Source: Eledone cirrhosa
Taxonomy: Eukaryota
DNA length: 64,000 bases
Assembly: GCA_964016885.1 (NCBI GenBank)
Contig: OZ024740.1
Coordinates: 367,970,001 to 368,034,000, forward strand
Direction of reading: 5' to 3'
The position numbers and the translations under genes are program-made. Below the pieces are notes generated by a model. That model worked only from the letters and a program-made list of their open reading frames with translations, ran no database searches and had not been told where the DNA came from. Positions 13,438 to 27,995 of the stretch are shown here, piece by piece (within the stretch, counting starts at the first letter, position 1; each line of letters begins with the position of its first letter).

Positions 13438-14364
13438 TATATAAATTATTTATTTATTTACGTATTTCTATGTGTGGGGAGTATGAAATCCTAGTGAATA
13501 TGAAGTTTATCTATATGTTTCACTATTTTCTAAATCTTAAATCAATGTATGTTTTGTAGGGTGTTTATGTTTGCTTATGTTTAACAGTAAATTCTGTATA
13601 ATTTATAGATTATTTTGCTTTTATTGGTATCATTGTATTAAGCTTGTTGTGTGGAGATAAGGGAAGATTTATTCAGATTCGGTTAATGGGGAATGTAGAT
13701 AAGTAAAAGCAATGATTATATTTAAAGAATGTTTTTAACATTTTATGTTTGCAATTGAAGATGATCCGGTCGTTCCAGAAGTTTAATAGGCCCGTTCGAG
13801 TTAGGATCTCTAGTACTTCGTGTGAGCAAAGCTCCCATTCATTATCACCGTTTGACCATAAAAATATACAATCAATCTTATCTTCCTTTAATTCCCAGAT
13901 TGTACACATTTCTTTGGAGACGTTTTAGGTACATAATTATACGTAACTGTGTTCAAGTCAATTTCACATAGATATATAATATTCTTTATATAGGTATTAT
14001 CCTATGAAGGGGCATTTATCATGTTTGCTACAGTTGTCATTTTTCCACGTGTGCTTTTCACAATTTCGACCTGTACGAGGATTTGGAGTGGCTGTGGATT
14101 TGGTACTGGGTTGAATGAAATTGTTTCGTTTAATTTTTGAATTTACTGTTTGGATATGTGAGATGTTTTTTTGTTGTTGGGTGCGGCGGGGGGAGGGTAT
14201 GTTGAGTGGATGGTAGCCATATCTTTGTGATATCGATTCATGCGTTGGTGAATTGTTTTTATTATAAGTATAGTCGACAGGTAGTGGATTAGCAATAACC
14301 TTAGAGCCTCGGGAAACATGCTTCCCAGCATAGCGTAACAGTGACTTACGTTTTGAGTTATAGA

Positions 14365-14500
14365 GCAGCACAGGTTATATTTGCCTTTCATCCTTACGGG
14401 GTCGAAAAGATAAACTTCCAGTCAAGCACTGGGATCGATTTAATTACATTAACACTCGACACAAATTTGTTGGCCTTGTGCCTGAATCAGGAACAATTAT
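14365..14500 (+). mobile_element. tRNA-related SINE copy
   Basis: ttgcctttcatccttacggggtcgaaaagataaacttccagtcaagcactggg..ggccttgtgcct. Confidence 0.7.
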
Positions 14501-15180
14501 AAGTCTAGACTTTTAAACTTTAAATCACCCTTAGACTGAATCTACTATGTAGTTCTCCATTTTAACTTTACTATTAAACCAGGTAATTCGAATCACCGTA
14601 ACACATCACGATTTAATAGTTATAACGTGTATAACATAATGTATAACATAATTTCAAGAAGATTTCTTGTAATTATCTGAAAACGGTGAGTTGACTTACA
14701 TTTTACGCAAATTACATTTTCTTGAAAAATATTCAAATCAACTGTAGTTTCTTTTACCTCCATATCAGTCGATCAATCAACTGAAGGTGAAAGCGTGATT
14801 CTTCTAACTGTTTCACAAATACTGTTTATCTAAAACTACATTATCCAATGGCTTCGTCCGATAAGAGAGTATGGTGTGGTTTGAAGGACTAAGAGGGTCA
14901 TGATTGCGCCGATACATATCAATTCATTTATGTGGATGTCGGTGCGTGATTCTATAAGAATGGGTTTTATTCTATGCTTGTGGTTTTTAGTATAAATGTG
15001 CATTTATGTATATGCCTCGCCCTCAATTGGAAGTATTGCAAAATAGTAAATCCATTTGACATTAATTTAATTTACCACTTAAATATACAGATGCATACGA
15101 ATTACAGTTCCTGCTTCAGCAAATGTATTCAACACAGATAATGTATAAGCTATTGACTTTCCATTATATAAAGATATTAT

Positions 15181-15331
15181 ATGTACACGTACATACATAT
15201 ATGTATACAGACGTAAAGTAGCATGTATATATATATACATACATGCATACATATATATACATAATATACATATACATTATATATAAATACTACTGTACGT
15301 CTGTATACATATATGTATGTACGTGTACATA
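15181..15331. repeat. Short inverted repeat around a TA/CA-rich spacer
   Basis: atgtacacgtacatacatatatgtatacagacgta versus tacgtctgtatacatatatgtatgtacgtgtacat. Confidence 0.75.
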
Positions 15332-15940
15332 CTTATATTTAAGTAACAGCCGTACTAAGAGTGGGAAATGAAATTTCGTTTCATTTTTTCCGTTTAAAGA
15401 TATTATATAAAGTTACAAAGTGAAATTCTTGACTATGATGAGTACATTTGCTTTAAGATATATTTTCAATAAATTCTTCAGAAACCTATGTAACTGATAG
15501 CATTGGCCTTTTGATATCTATAAGGAAATGATTTGAATTCTGATAATGAAATCTTATGAGACAAAAATTCTATATATTGATAAGTGGTAAGTTTAGAGAT
15601 AATAATAATCTTCAACTGAACCAGATCAATAATCATTTGATCCAGAAACATTATATGGAGTAGCGAAACAATTGTAAACGGACATTATTAGTATTATTAT
15701 TATTCTTCTTTACATTCCTTACATTAAACTAAAACTGTTGACAATCTTTTAATAATGTTTTCCTTGTGAAATTTGTGGTCTTATTTTGCTTAACTAATGA
15801 ATGTATATATATATGTGTGTGTGTGTGTGCGTGTGTGTGTGTGTGTAATGAGTTATATGGTTTGTTGATTATGCAACAAAGTTAATTTTACAATAGATTA
15901 GATGCACTCAACGGCTTTATCTGGAGTATCATTAATATCA

Positions 15941-16262
15941 ATAATATTAATAAATGGAAAATATCTTTATGAAATCATATTTAATTTATCGCACGTATTT
16001 CAAGTGTACTAATATTTAAGTACGCTTTCGTCAGATAAAATATAATAATTGGTGTAAAGATAGTGACATATCTTCATGTGAACTTCATGTTAAAAGTTCA
16101 CTGAATTTATAACATGAAGTTCACATGAAGATATGTCACTATCTTTACACCACTTAGTATATTTTATCTGACGAAACCGTACTTAAATATTAGTACACTT
16201 GAAATACGTTTAAATTAAATAAATATGGTTTTATAAAGATATTTTCCATTTATTAATATTAT
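15941..16262. repeat. Fold-back element with a hammerhead motif in each arm
   Basis: Two arms of about 150 bp are reverse complements around 16092-16109. Confidence 0.85.
16162..16219 (+). ncRNA. Minimal type I hammerhead ribozyme (candidate, partly decayed)
   Basis: ttttat CTGACGA aaccgtact..agtacactt GAAA tacgtt TA. Mirror copy on the minus strand at about 15995-16040. Confidence 0.6.
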
Positions 16263-16276
16263 ATTTATATTCATAT

Positions 16277-16647
16277 ATAAATTAATAACAACAATGAAAT
16301 AAAAGCAAAGAACAAGTTCCTTATATTTAAAAAATCATCATTTTACGATCGTTTCTGGGATGTATATGTGTGTTGGTATGTATATCACATAGATTTATGT
16401 AAAAATATTACAAATTATCAGAGGAAATATACATACCTTCACATATACATGCCGTCCTCATTTCTGAGGATGGCATGTATATGTGAAGGTATGTATATTT
16501 CCTCTGATAATTTGTAAGATTTTTACATAAATCTATATGATATACATACCAACACACATATACATCCCAGAAACGATCGTAAAATGATGATTTTTTAAAT
16601 ATAAGAACTTGTGCTTTGTTTTTATTTCATTGTTTTTATTAATTTAT
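16277..16647. repeat. Near-perfect 370-bp palindrome
   Basis: Arms fold at cctca-tttc-tgagg (about 16456-16469). Confidence 0.9.
16459..16586 (+). ncRNA. Type I hammerhead ribozyme with extended stem II
   Basis: cattt CTGAGGA tggcatgtatatgtg..cacatatacatccca GAAA cgatcg TA aaatg: intact core, 5-bp stem I, palindromic stem III. Confidence 0.75.
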
Positions 16648-17036
16648 CTTGACTCTATTTTCCTATAATTTTTATCGAACATTTTGAATGCATCTTCTCT
16701 TTTCATGAAATTTGGATTACATTGAGTTCTTCATACTGATTGGACACTAACGTATATTTTGGTAGATTTATCTACATATATATATATATATATCATAAAT
16801 CATGTCTTTAGAATTATTAGATAAAATATATACCGTTTCTTCTTCCAATTAGCATAATTAACCATATACAAAATCAATTAGACCAAGCTATAAGAAGAAA
16901 GGCTCTTATGAAGAAATCTTCGACAAATAACCGAAAGTGGCCTCTTGCAACATATGACGGTTGCAACATATATATCTATAACTTTATGTATATGTAAAAC
17001 TTTATATATATATATATAACTTTATGTATATGTAAA

Positions 17037-18396
<1,360 letters not shown>

Positions 18397-18780
18397 TGAG
18401 TGAGAGAGAGATGATATTAGTAATAAACAGAAGATACAACACTATAACATCATTATTTATTTCATTATATATATTTCAGGGATGCTAAATTATAGCCCTG
18501 CTAGACGTGGGTGTGTCGATCTTACAATTGTAGAGTAAATTACTGGATAGGCATTTCCCGTAATTCGGCTAAATTAGATGCAGTGATGCTATGTACGAAG
18601 TTTGGAGTTGTTGAGTAAGTCATACACATAGGTTTTAGAATAACGCTGTACTCACACAAATATTATTTTGTACTTAGAGGGCCGTACTTCCATATCATTT
18701 CCTATATATATATACATATATACATATATACATATGTAAAATAGGCTACCTTTTTCTCAATTGATATATCCTCGTAAATC

Positions 18781-18896
<116 letters not shown>

Positions 18897-19012
18897 TTAC
18901 CATCTCATAATATAATATTATGAAATGAAATCAATTTGTTTAGAACTACAAGTGAAGTCATTCTTTTCCTTTCTTCAAATATACTTAACTGTACCAAGGA
19001 TCTCACACATTT

Positions 19013-19078
<66 letters not shown>

Positions 19079-19081
19079 TTA

Positions 19082-19245
<164 letters not shown>

Positions 19246-19303
19246 CACATACATATATGTATACATATTTATATACATACATAAATACTTTTAAATACAT
19301 TAT

Positions 19304-19372
19304 TTTACAACCTTTCCACCAGGAAGGTGGCCGGTGAAAAAAATATACTCGAAATTAAGAGAAAGAGATAAC
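19304..19372 (+). mobile_element. 3' end fragment of the RLE retrotransposon family at 60013-60856
   Basis: Reverse-complement match to 60013-60082, followed by catac. Confidence 0.8.
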
Positions 19373-19393
19373 ATACAATATATGGGTGTTTGC

Positions 19394-19445
<52 letters not shown>

Positions 19446-19802
19446 CGTGCTGTCGTTGATTATTTAGTGACTGATGATTAACCAGTTGGAACATTCAATA
19501 CTAATATATAAGCCAGACTACCGATGTGAGATTCTGCGTTTGGTACCTTAATATTATCGGTATATGTAAGGATAAGAATGTTAATAATAAGAAGCAGGGG
19601 TAAAATATCATATAGAATACATGTGTTCATTCACACGTGATGCGATCCATCAGTTCAAGACACAATAGGTATTGATTGGATGCGACTCTGGAAACAATCG
19701 CTCAGAACACTTGTGGATTCTTGAAACCATAATTCTGATCTTCGTAAATTGAGTTGATTCATCGTGAACACGTCAGAATGCATATATTGATGTTATATTG
19801 AA

Positions 19803-19803
<1 letters not shown>

Positions 19804-19833
<30 letters not shown>

Positions 19834-19908
19834 CTTCTTCTTCTTCTTCTTCTTCTTCTTCTTCTTCTTCTTCTTCTTCTTCTTCTTCTTCTTCTTCTTC
19901 TTCTTCTT
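19804..19908. repeat. (CTT)n microsatellite
   Basis: About 35 perfect units. Confidence 0.98.
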
Positions 19909-19939
19909 TAACATTTTATTGGTAGTATTTAATGATACA

Positions 19940-19997
<58 letters not shown>

Positions 19998-20099
19998 ACG
20001 CAGCTAATTACTTGACCTGGCATCATGACCTGACCACTTCTCAGGAAGTATATATTACGGATTACATATCAAACACACATGTATTATAAAATATATTAC

Positions 20100-20294
20100 C
20101 TGAAATCTACAAGTTCAATACTCTCAGTGCATGATGTCTCATCTCCTAATGAGTGCAGTCGAAGATAAATTCGCTGACCAGATGGAGAATCAACTTGCCA
20201 AATGCTCGTCGCTGCACTTAAGTCAGATATCATAGACGTGGAATCACCATCAGACGTAATTGTACCTAGTTGGGAAAGAAAGGTTCTATTAGTA
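20100..20294 (-). CDS. Candidate host exon encoding part of a CUB-like domain
   Basis: ttttattag acceptor and ag|gtaata donor; open 195 nt reading TNRTFLSQLGTITS..SIWQVDSPSGQRIYLRLHSL..SCTESIELVDF, which fits the CUB pattern G.ITS..W.I..P.G.RI.L..C. Confidence 0.6.
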
Positions 20295-21409
20295 CTAATA
20301 AAAGACATAGACAATATTTTATGAATATTATATTGTAAAAATACATATTTCTAATACATTCATATTTTTTAAAAATTATTAGCAATAATAATATAATAGA
20401 CTCTCAGTCTTTGGAACGTGCGAGTCTATGCCTATACTTGTTCGATTAGCTATTGTGCCGCTACAACAACATTAAAAAGTGTTATAACTATGCATCACAC
20501 AAGTTATAATGTAACCACTTTTCAGCTATCTGTGCTCTCTGATAGGAAGACCCAGTCAAACAATCCTATTATAAGGAAAATATATATACTGTGAAATTTG
20601 TCTAAGCTACTTTTATCGAACACATCGTTGGGAGCAGAAAGTGAAATTTATTTTTCAAGAATGTTGAAATTGATATATTAGGATGGAGGTAATAAATATT
20701 GTGTGCAGTATGTGATTTTGTGGGCAGTCTGATTTTATTGGGTGATAATTATATAGAGCATGTGCGCAGTAAGGAATGTATTATTCGTAAATTCAAAGTA
20801 ACTTGTGGGGAATGTGAGCTAGACCTATTTAGGCTATTTTGTGTAATTCTACACACAATAATTTCTATACTATAATAAAACATAACGTAATAGATGTATT
20901 ACACGCAAGAATCAAACACGACAATAAGTATATCACACACATCTCAAACTGAAACCCCATTCCTTTCAATTGCTACATAATAATATGATGCAGTCCACAC
21001 TTCTACTCTTCATATTGACGATACGGAAACATTCAAAGAGCAATCACTTCCAAGTAGGATAAAGGCACGAGATTATTTCTGCCATTTGTATATCCTACAT
21101 AACAAGAAGAAATATCAACAAAATGACAGCAGATAGTATAACTTCAAACCAATAATAAAACAGAACAGACGTAACATACACACACTATTATACTCTCAAA
21201 TATGACAAAGCTGCACACGACACACGTTGGTGATCGCCATGGAGGAATGTTCTTGGACATTTCGAAAATATGAAGATAATATAAATCTTGATCATAAAGG
21301 TCCCTGTCGGTGGCTTTCGGTTTGGGGTAAGTCGGAGATTTAAAAACCAAAAAAATGAAAAGGTAACTAGAAAATGTGGAGGTACAAATATAGCTAAATG
21401 TAAAATAAT

Positions 21410-21495
21410 TGTTTCTACTTTAGGCACAAGGCCAGCAATTACCCAGTGCATTACTGGTACTTTATTTTATCGACCCCGTAAGGAAAATGTAAAAT
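21410..21495 (-). mobile_element. tRNA-related SINE fragment
   Basis: taggcacaaggccagcaatt..actggtactttattttatcgacccc. Confidence 0.7.
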
Positions 21496-22121
21496 AATAG
21501 GGTTAAGAATAAAAAGAAAAACTCTAATACTTGTATAACATAATTTAATTGTAAAAGCATAAAAAACACCAATAACAGGAATATACCCCAACATAGGTAA
21601 ACGCAAACATATAGTTTTAGCATACTCCAATAATAACGTCACCCACTTTCGTTATCTATGTTGGGTCCAAGGTCCTATTAAGTCATAGTTAGGGTACAAA
21701 ACATCTGCTGGAGAAATTCATTTGCCTATAGTGCATGTTTTACTTGGCTGGGATTCATGACAGACGTATATATGAAGACGTGGTTAGAGCTTAGCAAGTT
21801 CATAGTGAGATGTATATGTTTAATGTACCTAAATGTATATGTCTTCATGCACACCTCTATTATGACCTACACTATGTGATGTGCTTGGTAATAATTAACA
21901 GTAGCACTAACACTAGCTCAATTCATAATAGTCGCGTGATCATAGCGTGATTCATAGCGAGACTTGCATATATTTGTGATATATAAATATGTATGCATAT
22001 TCTCCGAAACGAGAAACTACACCGTAATGATGGTGAATTAAATATCCTGAACGGCTAGTGGCTTTATTTCTCATGCGGTTACTGAGATAGCTGACATTAT
22101 CTCAGCTTATAAAAGTGACAA

Positions 22122-22193
<72 letters not shown>

Positions 22194-23032
22194 GCAATGT
22201 CAGCGTGATCGAATTTCGGCAGTGGTCGAAAAAAGAGCGAAACGCAATTTCCTAGTTATGCGGCAAGCGCCCCATGGACCAAAAAAGACGAGAGCAATAC
22301 ACATAGGTTATAGAAGCCAAGCAATCTGAGAATGGCGGTTAAGAAGCTATCAGCCACCTAAGCCAAAAAACGAAGCAATCTAAACAGGTCAAACAAAATG
22401 CATACACATATCGTATATACCTTTGTATACAACAATATTTCGAATAATACTATCTAGTGCTACTACTAGTATGTATAGACATCTAAAATATATGACTAAC
22501 GACTTGAATAAGAAACGTAAAATAAGGATGTGTCATCAAGTATACATCAGCGCTACAGTTAAAAGTAATTAGTTTAAAAAAAATTTAATTTGTATCATTA
22601 TTTGCACAAATAAATTATAATTTCGATTTTCAGCCTTCCCCATTACATATCCGTAAATATTTTTTTTACAAAATTATGTTTTTTAATTTTATTTTATTTT
22701 TAGACAGTCTTTATTTTGATTGCATTCTTGGATTGAAAATATGGAATTTCTAACTAGTAGATAAATGCATTGGATTTTTTAATTTGGAAATAAACATTAT
22801 CAATTTCGATTTTTTCTGTTTTATTTCTCTTTTGTTTTGAACACCGATTTTTTATTTCCGTTACATAACTCCTGCATCATTTATTTTTAATTCCTGTTTA
22901 AACGACAATCCTTCTCCTAGACATTGCTGACACAGCTAATTATTAGATTATAGAGAAAATGAAACAATACAAATGATAAAATTATATTGTTCTAGATTAC
23001 ATTGAAGTTTTACTTTTTTTGAAAATAGATAC

Positions 23033-23082
23033 TCATAAAATATACATGAATTGCCATAATGAGCGAAGCCTGATGGAGGGAC
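23033..23082 (-). CDS. Weak candidate micro-exon (VPPSGFAHYGNSCIFY)
   Basis: tttcag acceptor; donor ambiguous (23032 or 23013). Phase-compatible with neighbouring candidates. Confidence 0.25.
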
Positions 23083-23401
23083 CTGAAATTGAGCATTTGG
23101 AATCAAATGTACAAATGTGAAAGAAGAGATTGCCATTTCAATCAGGCATTTCACCACACATTCTCAAAACTAATAAAAGTGAGTGGTTTAATATTTCTGA
23201 GAAATGTGGATACTATAAAAGGAAATTACAATAGCAAAAGTCATCGTATCATGAAATAGCATAATCCTGTAATTCAATCCGAAGAGTCATTAGAAGTAGC
23301 CGAAGCAAGCTTTTGATCCGAATGCTACCTCATATGAGAAAAGAGTTTGATTTCACTTTCTATTTCACTGTAAAACTGTTACATGCAGAGCCATCATTTA
23401 C

Positions 23402-23484
23402 CTTACAATGCAACGATGCACACATCATATAAGCAGAGAGGAATATATCTACTATCACAAACTTTTCACATGATGAGGCATTAT
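23402..23484 (-). CDS. Weak candidate exon (NASSCEKFVIVDIFLSAYMMCASLHCK)
   Basis: ccctag acceptor and aag|gtaaat donor; open, phase 1 to phase 0. Confidence 0.25.
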
Positions 23485-23694
23485 CTAGGGTTGTGAATAA
23501 AAATATATCAATAATTATTGGTCAAAATAATAGAAAGTGTGTGTGCATTTATTGACTGTTGTGTCGACAAAGAGGATACACAGTAATATACTTCTCTAAC
23601 ACAGGCATAAAAGAAGTATGGTCCACAACGACTAGACATGTCCTCAGAACGCACAGACGAAATGAATACTGAAATGCATATCTAACACTCCAAA

Positions 23695-23821
<127 letters not shown>

Positions 23822-23898
23822 AAACATGTATTGAGTTAGAAACTCAAAATAGTCTCTTTACAGTAAATTAGCTCTAGCAAAAAGATTTTTCCGAGCCG

Positions 23899-24248
23899 TA
23901 TATAACTGAACAAAAAGGAAAAACGAACACTGACATATATATATGTGTGTTCAAATTGTAATGGACCAAAATCGCTAAGGTGAAAAAAATACTAACTACA
24001 TACAATAGGGTTTGCTAGTCTCAATTTAAGAATAAATTAAGAAAAATAAATACAAACCAGTATTGTGGTAACTACCATCACCCAGACGGTCTTTGATAGA
24101 ACCGTTTCGCAATATTATTTGTGAAGAGATTCACCAAATTCCAGGCTCATCAGTGGATGATGAAATTATATGTTTTGGTCCATTACGATTTGAACACATA
24201 TCTATGTCGGTGTTCGTTTTTCCCTTTTCCTTTTTGTTCAGTTATATA
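23899..24248. repeat. pLTR-like element with about 75-bp inverted ends
   Basis: 23899-23972 is inverted at 24174-24248; related to 41446-41829. Confidence 0.7.
24095..24158 (-). ncRNA. Type I hammerhead ribozyme (candidate, decayed stems)
   Basis: CTGATGA gc..gc GAAA cggttc TA on the minus strand; stem I is poor. Confidence 0.45.
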
Positions 24249-24406
24249 TATATATACATATATATATATACATAAAATATGGAAAACGAAGAATCAGTGA
24301 TGCCTCGGTACACAAATTTATTACAAGCAAGATAGAGTGCTCAGCCGACATACCGCCTAAGGACGCATCCAAGCACCTTACTACAAATATATATATCTAT
24401 ATATAT

Positions 24407-24452
<46 letters not shown>

Positions 24453-25139
24453 GTAAGACCAAAGAATCATTAGATAAAATATATACAGCATTTCCTCTCC
24501 CAATCAGTATAAATTAACCACATAAAAATCATTTAAACGAGGCTATAAGTTTAAAATGTACTTATGAAGAAATAATAGACAAATGATACAGATTATTTTC
24601 TGCGATGTACAGCCATATGACACTTATCTAATTATTTCCTCTACCCTGTAGAAATTGACCAGACAAATAGGTAACTACAGGAAATTAGGTACAAAATAGA
24701 AGTTTGAAGAAAAAATTCACATACATTTTACCAGATATATGTATGTGTGTGTATTGATATAGTTTATTCAATAATTTCAGTATCCTTGCAAGATATAGTT
24801 TATTCAATAATTTCAGTATCCTTGCAAGATACTGAAGGTGGTACCAATATTGACAATCAATGCTAAGTTAGAGTGTATATATCGAGTGTAACAAGGCTAA
24901 ATTTTACTTAAATGTTTTAATTGATTATCAACCAGCTACGTACGTTTGACAGATAATTGGCTCAGCGTCCATATTTGTATTATAGACCCGAATCCAGTAA
25001 CACTCTACTCCTCAGACGTGTTGATCAAACTAAATGTAATTTAATACAGTGATGGCCAGTCGCTACTGATTAGTTGCCCACAAATTTAGTTATGCAAGGA
25101 TGGGAAATTAACTAGCAATACGCAGAGTGGATAGACAGT

Positions 25140-25280
25140 ATCTTCAGATGGTCGGACGCTATGCTATGCGGCAAAGAGTTGCGGCATTGTACGGCCTGAG
25201 TCAAAAGCCGCCGAGGTTAACTTTGCCTTTCATCCTTACGGGGTCCTTAAAATAAAGCACCAGTAATGCACCGGGGTAAT
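25140..25280 (+). mobile_element. tRNA-related SINE copy
   Basis: ccgccgaggttaactttgcctttcatccttacgggg..aaaataaagcaccagtaatgcac. Confidence 0.7.
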
Positions 25281-27877
25281 TGCATTTGAAAATGTTCTGA
25301 TTATTGAATAAATAGATGTCTATAAAATAATGTTACTATGTTGAACATTATTATGGTTACGATATCAAGGTAATATTTCTGTAGTTAAATAGAGAATCTG
25401 TCAAACAATTTCATATTTTATCATTTATAATTAGCGATGGTATTTTTAAGTTGTTCATAAATATTACCAAGATCACGATAGATGAATGTTATCCAACACA
25501 CAAGCATATAATCAATTCAAGCTTTTAAATTACGCCACTCAACATATATATATAACGTAACGTTCCATACTGTCGGGACCGAAAATGTTTAACATTCTTG
25601 GTGGTGTAAGACAGTCTTTCAGGCCTAAAGGAATTTCTCCTAAAATATTATATCAAAGGGTTCAATAGCTGAAATAATATTTATCCAACGCAAACGGCAA
25701 ACAAAGAATTTGAAACAATTAATAGCAATGGGAACAATTTGATTTAACCCATAACAATGGCATTTTTAGAATATCTAAGTGCAATGTCAATCGTTGAGAT
25801 AAATGGTAATGTGTACATGTTGGTCCTTATATCAATACAAACCACGGAAATAAAATATTCGTGGTTGCAAATATCTCTGTAAAAGTAGAAATTTGTTTTA
25901 GTGTATAATATGCCTGAATGACGGTCAAACGAGTGACTCATTATCAGAGGGAATGCGAGAAAACTGTCAACAGATTAGCGACCTATCAGAGAGATTCCAC
26001 TACGAAGTCGTTTGTATAGTAACTGCAGAACTAAAATACTAATATTTCCCTTTTATAAACTTTCATATATATTCTTTCATATACGCTTCTATCATGAATT
26101 ACGCGACGTTAATGCTATTGCTTATTATTACAAACTATTCAATCTCACACTATATAAAAATAAACACATCTAATAAACAAAATATATCTGATCTTTTCAC
26201 ACGGCTACTGAGGTAGCTCTGACAATTTCAAAACTAAAGTACCAATTGACCCCGATGCTTTTATTTATGGCAATTTGCGTTATTGAACACTAATAATAAT
26301 TTCACCACTATTCTTCGAAACCCTATTATAATTGATGTCTCGTATTCACAGTTTCGGACAATTCAATTAAAAGTTGGAAATATTTAACTATAAAAGATAT
26401 ATTATATTTCATGTAATTTCGAAATATAAGAACATTTTCCAAAATATATTAACTAATTATATTCGTGGTGGTGTGATGAAACTAAATCTCAATAATCAAT
26501 TCTAAACAAAAATGCAGACGTTCTGGAAATCACAATTACTTAATTAAATGCGGTCGACGAAATACGGAGTCACATCTCCCTAGTAAAGAGTCTAATCTAA
26601 AAAAATTATAGTTCTCATTATATTAAATTTAAGTTAAATTGTCACATATACTCAGTTTTCTGCATACATATTTATTTCGTAAATCCTGGTATGTTTATTT
26701 CTTAGTACAGCTCATCAGCAATATAGAGATTTAACCAAACTGCGAGACAAAAATGACTAGTGGTTTGTTTTGTAAAGAAACACTACGTGTCGTATATACC
26801 GAAGATATATACTCCACAACATTTTGCTTTTTAAATTGTTCGCATAAGTAACTCACGCGTAAACACACATACATGCACATCTGTACATACACACACATGC
26901 GCTTATATGCACAGGGTGCCTGTGTATAGGCGTGTGAGTGTGTGTGTATAAAAAACATTTTATTTAAACTTTCGCATTGCTTGCTGTGATCAGCTTTTCT
27001 AAAAGTAATGAATAAGTTTTAATACAGAACGAATTCACCATGACTTCGTAAAATAAACTCCATGATAACGGAAGCCATATACATATTTTCATTAGTAATT
27101 TCTAAAATATTGATTTTTTTCATTATTAATCGAAACCATAGAAATGTTATTATGAAGTCAGCATTCTCTACCTGCAATGCCTATCGCTGGGATTATATCT
27201 TTGCCAATATAATCCTTTCCGATTAGAGGTAGGATGGTGAAGAAGCAACACTCAATAGAAAATAAACGAAGCACATTTAAACAGATATTAAGCTGGCATA
27301 CATTTAGACTCTCATTCACTCAGACACATACATGCTCTGTCGCACGAGCATTTATTCTGCACGAGTATATATAAACACACAGTTATGATATTTACAATAC
27401 AGCATAGAACTAGGAATCGGTAGATCTAAGTGCTCGTTTATGCTGCTAGAAATAGAACCGAAATATCTCTCAGATCATACTGTACTCTTTTACGAAAAAA
27501 AAACAAAAAACGGCTCAACACATTCACTACATTCTATTTAACAACATGAAACAACATGATTTTCAAGGTCGGAAATCTTTTATACGATCTCTTGATAATA
27601 GCTTAACTGGAGCTTTGCAGTTGCTGTTGCTGTTGTTGTGACAACAACAGCAACAACTACCATAAATACTATTACTACTACAGCCACATGTTAACGCGAG
27701 ATCTCAGATATGGTCACCTAATCTGATGGACATATCAGCACAGTGATTCTAAGTTCCACATCTCTCTTTAGATAAAAACATAATTTATTGAAAGTATGGG
27801 TAGTGAAAGGGAAAAATGCTGTCAGAATTGTCATAACTGAAAACAAAACTGACACAAATGAACTTATAAATAATTAT

Positions 27878-27995
27878 TTCTACTTTAGGCACAAGGCCAG
27901 AAATTACCACATTGCATTACTGGTGCTTTATTTTATCGACACCGTAAGGGTGAAAGGCATAACTAACCTCGGTGGGATTTGAACTCAGAACGTAA
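27878..27995 (-). mobile_element. tRNA-related SINE copy
   Basis: taggcacaaggccagaaatt..ttttatcgacaccgtaagggtgaaaggc..acctcggtgggatttgaactcagaacg. Confidence 0.75.

Noticed and set aside
13673-14371. Minus-strand ORFs that might be the end of an L1/Tx1-type ORF2
   Set aside because: Only a vague KCPF motif; too degenerate to call by eye.
19465-19500. CTGATGA-ttaac/gttg-GAAC motif
   Set aside because: Stems I and III are not convincing and there is no repeat context.
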